Of a stretch of DNA of 57,311 nucleotides, positions 38,216-46,906 are shown one piece after another. The DNA lies in assembly GCA_946545765.1 (NCBI GenBank), contig CAMNNS010000001.1, forward strand, positions 1 to 57,311, in the 5' to 3' direction. The position numbers and the translations under genes were made by a program. The notes below the pieces were generated by a model that saw nothing but the letters and a program-made list of their open reading frames with translations, searched no databases and was not told the origin of the DNA. The stretch's first letter is position 1. Every line of letters starts with the position of its first letter. The DNA comes from an uncultured Bacteroidales bacterium. Its GTDB lineage: Bacteria; Bacteroidota; Bacteroidia; Bacteroidales; UBA932.

Positions 38216-39001
38216 ATGAGTAAAACTGTATTTATAACTGGAGCAAGTAGCGGAATCGGAGAGGCTTGTGCTTATAAGTTTGCAGAGAGTGGACACAATC
38301 TTATAATTTCCGGACGCAATAAAGAAAACTTGCAAAGAGTTAGGGCTAAAGTTGAGCAATTGTATCGCGATAAGAAAGCAAACCTTAATGTTAAAGTTCT
38401 GATTTTTGATGTTAGAGATCATAGTGCTTGTTCTCAAGCCGTAAAAGAGTTATATGATAGCAATATTGAGTGGCAAAAAAATGTTGATGTTTTAATAAAC
38501 AATGCAGGAGGAGCGTTGGGGTTAGAGCCAGAGTATGAGGGTGATATACAAGATTGGGAAACAATGATAGATGCCAATATAAAAGGGCTGCTATATATGA
38601 CAAGGCTTATCGTTCCAAAAATGATTGAGAGAGGACAGGGTGATATAATAAACATTGGGAGTGTTGCAGGAGATGCTGCATACGCAGGAGGAGCTGTCTA
38701 TTGTGCAACAAAATCGGCAGTAAAAATACTCAGCGATGGTTTACGAATAGACCTTGCCCACACACCTTTAAGGGTTGTTAATCTTAAGCCCGGACTTGTT
38801 CAAACTAATTTTAGCAATGTCCGTTTTCATGGCGATAAAGAGCGGGCAGAAAAAGTTTATCAAGGGATAAAACCTCTTAAAGCAGAAGACATTGCAGATG
38901 TTGCCCTCTATGCTGTTAATGCTCCTAAACATGTTCAAATTGCAGAGGTTCTTATTTTGGCAACTCACCAAGCAAGTGGAAGTGTTATTTTTAGAGATTA
39001 G
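38216..39001 (+). CDS. Short-chain dehydrogenase/reductase (YdfG-like NADP-dependent 3-hydroxy acid dehydrogenase type)
   Basis: TGASSGIGEA, NNAG and YCATKSAV. The start was moved to the ATG (MSKTVFITG). Confidence 0.85.
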   Translation: MSKTVFITGASSGIGEACAYKFAESGHNLIISGRNKENLQRVRAKVEQLYRDKKANLNVKVLIFDVRDHSACSQAVKELYDSNIEWQKNVDVLINNAGGALGLEPEYEGDIQDWETMIDANIKGLLYMTRLIVPKMIERGQGDIINIGSVAGDAAYAGGAVYCATKSAVKILSDGLRIDLAHTPLRVVNLKPGLVQTNFSNVRFHGDKERAEKVYQGIKPLKAEDIADVALYAVNAPKHVQIAEVLILATHQASGSVIFRD

Positions 39002-39065
39002 CCTGCCGTTTGTGATAATATTTTTTCTTTTTATTACTATAAATTTATATTAAAATCTAATTACT

Positions 39066-39659
39066 ATGTATGATTATATAAAAGGGATTTTAGTAGAAAT
39101 AACTCCAACTCAAGCTGTTATAGAGAATAACGGTATCGGATACAAATTAGAAATTTCTCTTGGAACATATTCAGAAATTCAACAACAAGAAAACGGAGAG
39201 GTAAAACTCTTTATATACTATCATGTAAAAGAAGATATTGCTATGTGGTATGGGTTCTCTTCTAAAGATGAAAGACAAATGTTTATGTTGCTGATAGATG
39301 TAAATGGTATAGGACCCAACACCGCCCGTATGTTTTTATCCTCTTTATCTACAGAAGAACTTAAAAAAGCTATTATTGGTGAGAATGTTGCAAAAATTAA
39401 AGGGGTAAAAGGGGTTGGATTAAAGACTGCTCAAAGGGTTATAATTGACCTAAAAGATAAAATTGTTAAGGGGGCAGATAGCTCTACCCTACCTTTAGGA
39501 AATGCGGTGGTATCGCCTCAACAAGAAGAGGCATTAACAGCTTTGGTAATGTTAGGCTTTGCAAAATCGGCTTCTCAAAAAGCTATAAATGAGGTTCTTA
39601 AAGAGAATCCAAACTACAAAGTTGAGGATATTGTAAAACATGCTCTTAAAAAAATATAG
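39066..39659 (+). CDS. ruvA: Holliday junction DNA helicase subunit RuvA
   Basis: 197 aa with MYDYIKG, an OB domain, tandem HhH motifs (VNGIGPNTA, VKGVGLKTAQR) and C-terminal domain III. Confidence 0.9.
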   Translation: MYDYIKGILVEITPTQAVIENNGIGYKLEISLGTYSEIQQQENGEVKLFIYYHVKEDIAMWYGFSSKDERQMFMLLIDVNGIGPNTARMFLSSLSTEELKKAIIGENVAKIKGVKGVGLKTAQRVIIDLKDKIVKGADSSTLPLGNAVVSPQQEEALTALVMLGFAKSASQKAINEVLKENPNYKVEDIVKHALKKI

Positions 39660-39815
39660 TTTGCCCCCACTCACGATTTGTTCCACAAAAAGATTTTATA
39701 TAAATTCGCACGCTGTTAGAGAGTCTGAGTAAACAACATTTATAAAGAAGAGATTTTTCTAACATAACATTGAATAGAATTAACTAATAGATAATAAATT
39801 TAATATTTTAATAAA

Positions 39816-40193
39816 ATGAATATTCCAAACAATCTAAAGTACTCAAATGACCACGAATGGGTTAGTGTTGAGGGTAATATCGCAACAGTAGGTATTACAG
39901 ATTTTGCTCAAAGCCAACTTGGCGATATCGTGTTTTTAGACATCACAACAGAGGGTGAAACTCTAAATGCAGGTGATGAATTTGGTAGCATAGAGGCTGT
40001 TAAAACAGTTGCTCCTGCTCTTATGCCTATAGGTGGTAAAATTATTGAGGTAAACCCAGAACTTGAGGGTGCACCAGAAAGTGTTAATAAAGACCCTTAT
40101 GGAGCAGGCTGGCTAATAAAAGTAGAGATGACTAATCCTTCTGAGGTTGATTCACTTTTAGATGCAACAGCATACGAAAGTATTTGTAAATAA
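39816..40193 (+). CDS. gcvH: Glycine cleavage system H protein
   Basis: 125 aa with HEWV, ITDFAQ..LGDIVF and the lipoyl-Lys context SIEAVKTV. Confidence 0.95.
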   Translation: MNIPNNLKYSNDHEWVSVEGNIATVGITDFAQSQLGDIVFLDITTEGETLNAGDEFGSIEAVKTVAPALMPIGGKIIEVNPELEGAPESVNKDPYGAGWLIKVEMTNPSEVDSLLDATAYESICK

Positions 40194-40220
40194 CAGATTT
40201 AATAAATCACAACAGAATAA

Positions 40221-40259
40221 ACCCTGAGAGTTTACAATAACTCTTGGGGTTTGTTGTTT
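40221..40259 (+). terminator. Intrinsic terminator after gcvH
   Basis: A 12-bp stem pairs 40221-40232 with 40239-40250 (two G-U pairs) around a 6-nt loop. It is followed by TTGTTGTTT. Confidence 0.6.
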
Positions 40260-40310
40260 AATAAAGTATCCAAAATATTATATAAATTTACACTATTAAA
40301 AGTTAATATT

Positions 40311-41369
40311 ATGAAATACTCTTTTGGTAGTGATAATCACTCAGGGGTTCACCCTAAAATTTTAAAAGCTATAGAAAAAATAAATTCTGGATACTCTTTT
40401 GGATATGGAGAAGATAAATATACAGAAGGGGTTTTAGATAAAATAGAGAAACTTTTAGGGGGAGATTGTAAGGCTCTTTTTGTTTTAAATGGAACAGGGG
40501 CAAATGTTGTCTCGATTAGCACATTTCTAAAACCCTTCTCCACAATTCTTGCCCCTCACACCGCTCATATTATAGAAGACGAGTGTGGTGCTGTAGAGAG
40601 ATTTTCGGGATGTAGAATTACACCTATTGAGTGCCAAAAAGAGAGAGGCTCTTATAATGGAAAGATCTCTCCTGCATCTCTAAAACAGTATCTAAAATTT
40701 GGAGACCAGCATAAGGTTCAACCAAAAATTCTTTCTATATCACAACCAACAGAAAACGAAACATTATATACCATAGAAGAGATTAAACAATTATCTAAAA
40801 TAATGCATCAGGCTGGTGGATATATTCATTTAGATGGGTCAAGAATTTCTAATGCTGCCGCCGCTATGAAACTCTCTATAAAAGAGATAGTTGCAGAAAC
40901 GGGTATTGATTCTTTTTCTTTTGGGGGAACTAAAAACGGTTTACTTATTGGCGAGGTAATAGTTGTTTTTAATAAAAAGAAAAACAAGGAATTTATTGAT
41001 AATCTTTGCTATATAAGGAAACAAGCAACTCAACTATATTCTAAAAACAGGTTTATCGCAGCCCAATTTGAAGAGTATATAAAAGATAATCTTTATCTAA
41101 AAATGGCTCAACATGCCAACAAAATGGCAACTTACTTAAAACGAAAAATAGAGGCTATTCCTCAAATTGCTATAACAAAAAAAGTTGAAACTAATGCTGT
41201 TTATTTAGCCCTTCCTTTTAGTAAAAAAGATATTAAAAAACTTCAAGATAAATATCTGTTTTATATGTGGGACGAGGAGAAAAATGAAGCTCGATTAATG
41301 TGTTCTTTTAATACAACTAAAGAGAGTATAGACGAACTTATAAAAGATATTCGTTCGCTAATCAAATAG
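40311..41369 (+). CDS. Threonine aldolase family PLP enzyme (beta-eliminating lyase fold)
   Basis: SFGSDNHSGVHP, NGTGANV, HLDGSR and the PLP-Lys context SFGGTKNG. The track start 40251 is a TTG codon inside the gcvH terminator. I used ATG 40311. Confidence 0.75.
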   Translation: MKYSFGSDNHSGVHPKILKAIEKINSGYSFGYGEDKYTEGVLDKIEKLLGGDCKALFVLNGTGANVVSISTFLKPFSTILAPHTAHIIEDECGAVERFSGCRITPIECQKERGSYNGKISPASLKQYLKFGDQHKVQPKILSISQPTENETLYTIEEIKQLSKIMHQAGGYIHLDGSRISNAAAAMKLSIKEIVAETGIDSFSFGGTKNGLLIGEVIVVFNKKKNKEFIDNLCYIRKQATQLYSKNRFIAAQFEEYIKDNLYLKMAQHANKMATYLKRKIEAIPQIAITKKVETNAVYLALPFSKKDIKKLQDKYLFYMWDEEKNEARLMCSFNTTKESIDELIKDIRSLIK

Positions 41370-41375
41370 AGGTAT

Positions 41376-42152
41376 ATGCCAAACAAATTTTTAAAAGTAG
41401 AAGTTGCCTCAGATTCAGATAGCAAACAACTCTGTTCTATTTGGAAAGAGGCTTTCTCTTTAGACGATGATTATTTAGATCACCTCTTCACAAACCTTTT
41501 CCCTTGTGGAAAAATTTTAACTCTAAAGGGGATAAAATCTTCTACCCTTGACGAGCAAATTCTCTCTACTTTTGTTCTTCACCCTATAACTTTTATCTCT
41601 GAAGAAATAACTTTAAATGGTTATTATATCTCTTATGTAGCAACTCCAAAAGTAGAGAGAGGAAACAATTATTTTTCTCAATTATTAAACCTCGCTAAAG
41701 ATTTTTATCACGATAAAGATTTTCTACTAATTAGACCTGCTGAGGATTGGTTAGATAATTTTTATCACCGATTAGGTTTTACGACCCCAATATATAACCC
41801 AACTTTTTCCAATTTTTATAGAAAATCTTATTCCTCTACTCCCCATTTGGGGAATAATAATTTTTCTGAATCAAACAATATTGGTAATATTATAAATCTA
41901 CTTTATAAACCTTGTTTTGTTTGGGATAATTCTATATACAATTTTATCCAAAAAGATGCACCCCTTAATTTCGCTACCTCTACATTGCTCTCCGAATTAA
42001 ACGAAGCGTTTAAGAAGAATCACACCGATATTGTTGATGGGAAGTATAAAATTTCTTTTGGAGAAATTATCATTGCTCGTCTGAAAATTTTAAACAAAAA
42101 TGTTAATTCTTCTTCCTTTAAAAATTCTCTTTTGTTTTTCACTTTTGATTAA
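41376..42152 (+). CDS. Hypothetical protein, possibly GNAT-fold acetyltransferase
   Basis: 258 aa. YISYVATPKVERGNNYFSQLLNLA followed by FYHRLGF resembles GNAT motifs A and B. The support is weak and rests on motifs only. Confidence 0.35.
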   Translation: MPNKFLKVEVASDSDSKQLCSIWKEAFSLDDDYLDHLFTNLFPCGKILTLKGIKSSTLDEQILSTFVLHPITFISEEITLNGYYISYVATPKVERGNNYFSQLLNLAKDFYHDKDFLLIRPAEDWLDNFYHRLGFTTPIYNPTFSNFYRKSYSSTPHLGNNNFSESNNIGNIINLLYKPCFVWDNSIYNFIQKDAPLNFATSTLLSELNEAFKKNHTDIVDGKYKISFGEIIIARLKILNKNVNSSSFKNSLLFFTFD

Positions 42153-42285
42153 GATTCCCTCCTTTTTAATTATTTTTTAAATAAAGGGGGCAAAAATGAT
42201 ACTTTTTTGCTTTTAGGTATAAACCCTTGCCTTTTTAACCCTTTTTTAAAATTTGATGCCTTTTTGAGGCTCGTTTTTTGAGGCT

Positions 42286-42301
42286 TGTTCCACGTGGAAC
42301 G
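42286..42301. other. parS: parS-like ParB binding site (TGTTCCACGTGGAACG), intergenic
   Basis: It is a 15/16 palindrome. Both half-sites fit the chromosomal parS consensus TGTTNCAC/GTGNAACA. Confidence 0.6.
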
Positions 42302-42512
42302 ACAAAATAGTCAATGCTATTATTTTTAGACATTTATCTCTTTTTACTTAATCTTTAACTTTAAATGATACCCCTTTTAAATGGTGTTTAAGGGCTGTTT
42401 GAAAAAAGCTTCTTTTTTTAAAAGAGAATGTATCTTTACTTTAAATAATATCTCTTAACAAACTATTAAACAATAATTTGTGCAATAATATATAAAAATA
42501 ATTAAAGGCTAT

Positions 42513-44522
42513 TTAACGGCCAAAATAGACCAAGAGAACAGATATGTCTGCTGGAGATACCCCAGAGATTCTTGATGCCGCTGCAATAGTGGCAGGTTTA
42601 TGGTGTAACAACTTTTGTCTCCCCTCCATAGATAAAGATGTAATTCTATTATAATCAAATGTTTGGGGGATTTTCATTTTCTCTAATCTTAACATTTTCT
42701 CTGCTACCGCCTGCTCCCTAACGACATAACCTCTATACTTTATTGCCACCTCAGCACTTTCTAATATCTCTAAATTTAAATTATAGCTACTGTTATCGTC
42801 ACGATTTGTTAGCGTATAGCCAATAGGTCTGAATGGTAAAGAAAGGGTTGTTTTTCCAACTACAAATGCTTCTCTATTTTTAAACTTGGAAGAGAGCGAT
42901 TTTAATTGCTTTCTGATTTCTGTTCCACGTGGAACAATTGGCAAAAGGTTTTCTATTGAAAGGTTTGGTCTCATCAGGAGAGAGGAGATCTTCTTTCCTT
43001 CAGTAATTGGGGCGGTTTTTAGGGTTTTTAAAACTTTATTGGTCTTTTCAGAAGGGGTAACTTTATCACTATCTAAAATATTAGTAATATTAGAAACTGC
43101 ACTGTACTTTTCTAACATTTGTTCATACCTGTCTTTAGTAACTAATCCTATTTTATAACCAAGAGGGGTTAATCTAAAATCTGCATTATCCTGCCTTAAT
43201 AGTATCCTATATTCTGCTCGCGATGTGAACATCCTATATGGTTCATCAACACCTTTTGTTACTAAATCATCTATTAAAACTCCTATGTATGACTCGTTTC
43301 TCTTTAAAATAAATTCTCCTTGTTTTTTAACAGATAATGCTGCATTTATACCTGCAATTAAACCTTGGGCTGCTGCCTCCTCATAACCTGTTGTTCCATT
43401 AACCTGACCAGCAAAATATAACCCTTTTATCAGCTTTGATTCTAATGTATGATAGAGTTGTGTCGGGAGAAAATAGTCATACTCTACAGCATAAGCAGGT
43501 CTATAAATGTTAACATTTTCTAAACCTTCTATATTTCTTAAAGCTTCAATTTGTATATTTAGTGGAAGAGAGGAAGAAAAACCCTGTAAATAATACTCAT
43601 TAGTGTTCCATCCTTCAGGCTCTAAAAAAAGAAGATGTTGGTCTTTATCAGAAAAGGTCCTTAACTTATCCTCTATACTTGGGCAATAGCGAGGACCAAT
43701 ACCTTTAATTTTTCCCGAGAATAATGGAGAATATTTAAAACCTTTATTAAGTATCTGATGAACCTTTTGGTTAGTGTGAACTAAATAACAACATTTTTGC
43801 TCTATGTTAGTCTGAACAGAAGAGGGAATATTTAAGAAAGAAAACCTATATGGGAGAGTATCACCATACTGAACCTGAAGTTTATTTAAATTTAAAGATT
43901 TTGCATCAATTCTTGGCGGAGTACCTGTTTTCATTCTACCAAACTGAACTCCATGGGTAAATAGTTGTTCTGTTAAAAATTTAGAAGGTAACTCCCCTAT
44001 TCTCCCCCCATCTGTGCTCTCTTTACCAATAAACATTTTTCCGTTTAAAAAAGTTCCGGCAGTAAGGATAACTTTTTTGGCAGTAAACTTTGCTCCAAGT
44101 TCTGTTTTTACACCAGAAATTTTTCCGGAAGAATTTATAATAAGCTCACAGACAGTATCTTGCCAAATAGACAGATTGGGTAAATTTTCTAATATATATC
44201 TCCAATTTAGTATAAAGTGTTGTCTATCACACTGAGCACGAGGACTCCAAACAGCAGGACCTTTAGAACTATTTAACATTCTAAACTGAATAGTTGAGGC
44301 ATCTGTTACTAACCCCATCAAACCACCAAGGGCATCTATTTCTCTAACTATCTGACCTTTAGCTATGCCTCCAACGGCAGGATTACATGACATTTGGGCT
44401 ATTTTATTCATATCCATCGTGATAAGAAGAGTATTAAGACCCAAATTAGATGAAGCTGCCGCTGCTTCACAACCTGCATGTCCAGCCCCTATCACTATTA
44501 TGTCATATTTAAAACTAACCAC
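42513..44522 (-). CDS. mnmG: tRNA uridine 5-carboxymethylaminomethyl modification enzyme MnmG (GidA), long form, GTG start
   Basis: 669 aa with [34 protein letters not shown] and a C-terminal [18 protein letters not shown]. The start codon is GTG at 44522, 6 nt after the ybeY stop. Confidence 0.95.
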   Translation of the reverse strand: MVSFKYDIIVIGAGHAGCEAAAASSNLGLNTLLITMDMNKIAQMSCNPAVGGIAKGQIVREIDALGGLMGLVTDASTIQFRMLNSSKGPAVWSPRAQCDRQHFILNWRYILENLPNLSIWQDTVCELIINSSGKISGVKTELGAKFTAKKVILTAGTFLNGKMFIGKESTDGGRIGELPSKFLTEQLFTHGVQFGRMKTGTPPRIDAKSLNLNKLQVQYGDTLPYRFSFLNIPSSVQTNIEQKCCYLVHTNQKVHQILNKGFKYSPLFSGKIKGIGPRYCPSIEDKLRTFSDKDQHLLFLEPEGWNTNEYYLQGFSSSLPLNIQIEALRNIEGLENVNIYRPAYAVEYDYFLPTQLYHTLESKLIKGLYFAGQVNGTTGYEEAAAQGLIAGINAALSVKKQGEFILKRNESYIGVLIDDLVTKGVDEPYRMFTSRAEYRILLRQDNADFRLTPLGYKIGLVTKDRYEQMLEKYSAVSNITNILDSDKVTPSEKTNKVLKTLKTAPITEGKKISSLLMRPNLSIENLLPIVPRGTEIRKQLKSLSSKFKNREAFVVGKTTLSLPFRPIGYTLTNRDDNSSYNLNLEILESAEVAIKYRGYVVREQAVAEKMLRLEKMKIPQTFDYNRITSLSMEGRQKLLHHKPATIAAASRISGVSPADISVLLVYFGR
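42921..42936. other. parS: parS-like ParB binding site (TGTTCCACGTGGAACA), inside mnmG
   Basis: It is a perfect 16-bp palindrome that fits the parS consensus. It is read as Val-Pro-Arg-Gly-Thr on the coding strand. Confidence 0.6.
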
Positions 44523-44528
44523 AATAAA

Positions 44529-45002
44529 CTATTTATAAGATATTACTATTTTATTCTCTTTAAAATATTTTGAAAGTTTGGCAAGTTCAAAATCTTCCGA
44601 ACTTCTCATTTTCTGTTTTTGAACCTTTGTAATATCATTTTCACCGATAAGATGTAAAATACCATGCACTATAACTCTACAAAGTTCACTTTCAAATCGC
44701 TGAGGATAAGGCTGCTCATAAAGTAAAGAGTTTTTTAAAACACTATCTACACTAATATAAAGATCTGCTATTAACTTTTTTTTGTTAAAATCCTCAGTAT
44801 AATCAAAAGTTATAATATCTGTATAATAGTTGTGTCGCAAGGAAGAAATGTTGAGTTTTAAAAGGTCTTCATCAGAGAGAAAAATTATGTTAATAGTACC
44901 ACAAGAAAAACCTCTCTCTGTAAGAAGGTTGTTTAGCCATTGTTTTAATATCAACTTTCCCGACAACTTAAAATCTATATCTTTATTTATAAAGTAAAAC
45001 AT
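44529..45002 (-). CDS. ybeY: rRNA maturation endoribonuclease YbeY
   Basis: 157 aa with the metal-binding motif VHGILHLIGEND (the third His is replaced, as I recall is common in Bacteroidota). It lies upstream of mnmG. Confidence 0.8.
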   Translation of the reverse strand: MFYFINKDIDFKLSGKLILKQWLNNLLTERGFSCGTINIIFLSDEDLLKLNISSLRHNYYTDIITFDYTEDFNKKKLIADLYISVDSVLKNSLLYEQPYPQRFESELCRVIVHGILHLIGENDITKVQKQKMRSSEDFELAKLSKYFKENKIVISYK

Positions 45003-45126
45003 TGATGTTTTATTGACTTTTGAATATTGTTAATTAGTAAAGTGATTTATAAATTTGTCCCCACAAAGGAAAATCCTTGTGCAAAATTAAAAAGATATAT
45101 TTATTACAAAATAAAAAGAGAAAATT

Positions 45127-46068
45127 ATGGCTAAAATATCCGTTATCGGTGCTGGTAATGTTGGTGCTTCTTGTGTAGAAGCAATGCTTCATCTAAATTT
45201 CTGCTCAGAAATTGTATTACTTGATATTAAAGAGGGAATTGCTGAAGGAAAAGCAATGGATATGATGCAAGCATCAAAACAATATGGTTCTAATACACAA
45301 ATTATTGGTGTAACAAACGATTATTCAAAGACAGCAAATTCAGAAGTTATAATTATTACATCGGGAATGCCAAGAAAACCTGGTATGACCCGAGAAGAAC
45401 TTATTGGTGTTAATGCAAAGATTGTAACTTCGGTTACAGAGAATGTACTAAAATATTCTCCTAAAGCAATACTAATGGTTATTGCAAACCCTATGGACCC
45501 AATGACATATCTTGCATTAAAGAAAAACAATTTGCCTAAAAATCAGGTTGTTGGAATGGGTGGGCAATTAGATTCAAGCAGATTTACTTATTATCTTGCA
45601 CAAGCAATTGGTTGCCCTATGAGTGATATTGAGTGTATGGTAATTGGTGGTCATGGGGACACAACTATGATTCCACTTATCAGATTTGCAACATATAAGG
45701 GGATACCTGTTACAGAGATTTTGTCAAAAGAACAATGTGAAAAAGTTGTTGCAGATACTATGGTTGGTGGAGCAACACTTACAAAATTACTTGGAACATC
45801 TGCATGGTATGCACCTGGAATGAGTGCGGCATCTATGGCTAAATCTATAGTAATGAATGAGAATAGAGTGTTTCCTTGTTGCTGTTATTTAGAGGGGCAA
45901 TATGGAGAAAACGACCTTTGCATTGGCGTCCCTGCTACACTTGGTAAAAACGGATGGGAGAAAATTTTAGAACTTAATTTAAACGAGGAAGAAAAAGCTC
46001 TATTTAAAAAGAGTGCAGATGCAACAAGAAATACTGCCTCTATCCTAAAAGAGATGAACCTCGTATAA
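45127..46068 (+). CDS. mdh: Malate dehydrogenase (LDH-like family)
   Basis: 313 aa with ISVIGAGNVG, SGMPRKPGMTREEL, NPMD and IGGHGDTM. Confidence 0.9.
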   Translation: MAKISVIGAGNVGASCVEAMLHLNFCSEIVLLDIKEGIAEGKAMDMMQASKQYGSNTQIIGVTNDYSKTANSEVIIITSGMPRKPGMTREELIGVNAKIVTSVTENVLKYSPKAILMVIANPMDPMTYLALKKNNLPKNQVVGMGGQLDSSRFTYYLAQAIGCPMSDIECMVIGGHGDTTMIPLIRFATYKGIPVTEILSKEQCEKVVADTMVGGATLTKLLGTSAWYAPGMSAASMAKSIVMNENRVFPCCCYLEGQYGENDLCIGVPATLGKNGWEKILELNLNEEEKALFKKSADATRNTASILKEMNLV

Positions 46069-46135
46069 ATAGTAATTAAATAACTTAAAAATATAATAAA
46101 CTTTCTCTGCTAAACAGAGACTAAAAACAAAAATT

Positions 46136-46828
46136 ATGGAATACAAGAAATCACCTAAAGCAAATCTTGAGAACAAAAAGGTTTTGTTCAGAGAGATAGG
46201 TCTTATTGCTGCTCTTTTACTTGTATTAGGTGCTTTTGAATGGAGTACTTATGAAAAAGCCGATTCGGGCTTTGATCAAACAACTGCAGTAGTAATAGAA
46301 GAAGAGACTGTGCCTATTACACAAGACACACCTCCTCCTCCACCAGAAGAGATTAAAGAGCCTGTTATAACAGAGGAACTTGAAATTGTAGATGACGATA
46401 TTAAAGTTAATACAGACTTCATAAGTTCTGATGATAGTAACAAACCTATAGAGGTTAAGGCTTATGTTGAGGCTAATCAAGAAGATGAAGAAGAGGCTGA
46501 GGATGTTATTATCCCTTATGTTGCAGTAGAGCAAAAACCCCTATTCAATGGAAAAGATGCTAATGCATTTGGAGAGTGGGTATATAGCCAACTTAAATAT
46601 CCAGAAGAGGCTACAGAAAACAATATTCAAGGTAGAGTTATGATTCAGTTCACAATAGATCGCGATGGAAGTGTAAAAGATGTAAAAGTTTTAAGAGGTG
46701 TTCACCCTTCTTTAGATAAAGAGGCTGTAAGAATCATATCTTCTTCTCCAAAATGGACCCCAGGAAAACAGAGAAATCGTCCTGCAAAGGTTAGATATAA
46801 TTTCCCGATACAATTTGTTCTTAGATAA
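46136..46828 (+). CDS. Energy transducer TonB family protein
   Basis: 230 aa with an N-terminal TM segment, a Pro/Glu-rich linker (TPPPPPEE) and a C-terminal TonB_C (IQGRVMIQFTIDRDGSV.DVKVLRGVHPSLDKEA.R). Confidence 0.8.
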   Translation: MEYKKSPKANLENKKVLFREIGLIAALLLVLGAFEWSTYEKADSGFDQTTAVVIEEETVPITQDTPPPPPEEIKEPVITEELEIVDDDIKVNTDFISSDDSNKPIEVKAYVEANQEDEEEAEDVIIPYVAVEQKPLFNGKDANAFGEWVYSQLKYPEEATENNIQGRVMIQFTIDRDGSVKDVKVLRGVHPSLDKEAVRIISSSPKWTPGKQRNRPAKVRYNFPIQFVLR

Positions 46829-46856
46829 TTAGATGCATATCGGAAAAGATATAAAT

Positions 46857-46898
46857 AACCCCGGAAGTATTTGTTATGCTTTCGGGGTTTCTTTTTTA
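46857..46898 (+). terminator. Intrinsic terminator between convergent tonB-like gene and hflX
   Basis: An 11-bp stem pairs 46857-46867 with 46879-46889 (one G-U pair) around an 11-nt loop. It is followed by TCTTTTTTATT. A-rich sequence upstream allows bidirectional use. Confidence 0.65.
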
Positions 46899-46906
46899 TT
46901 CAAAGC

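Noticed and set aside
39660-39815. Possible glycine riboswitch upstream of gcvH, and a THI-box near the thiL-like and pnuC-like genes.
   Set aside because: I could not find the conserved glycine-aptamer or THI-box core sequences. The spacers around pnuC (37 and 28 nt) are too short for a riboswitch.
42235-42333. 32-aa minus-strand ORF (MSKNNSIDYFVVPRGTSLKKRASKRHQILKKG) spanning the intergenic parS.
   Set aside because: Its VPRGT stretch is simply the forced translation of the palindrome. It has no promoter box or other support and is short and basic, so it is probably non-coding.
42153-42512. oriC (a DnaA-box cluster) in the parS-containing spacer or elsewhere in the window.
   Set aside because: I found no TTATCCACA/TGTGGATAA cluster. 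Only isolated 8/9 matches occur, inside coding regions (for example near 1991 and 23641). The parS sites argue for origin proximity, not for oriC itself being here.
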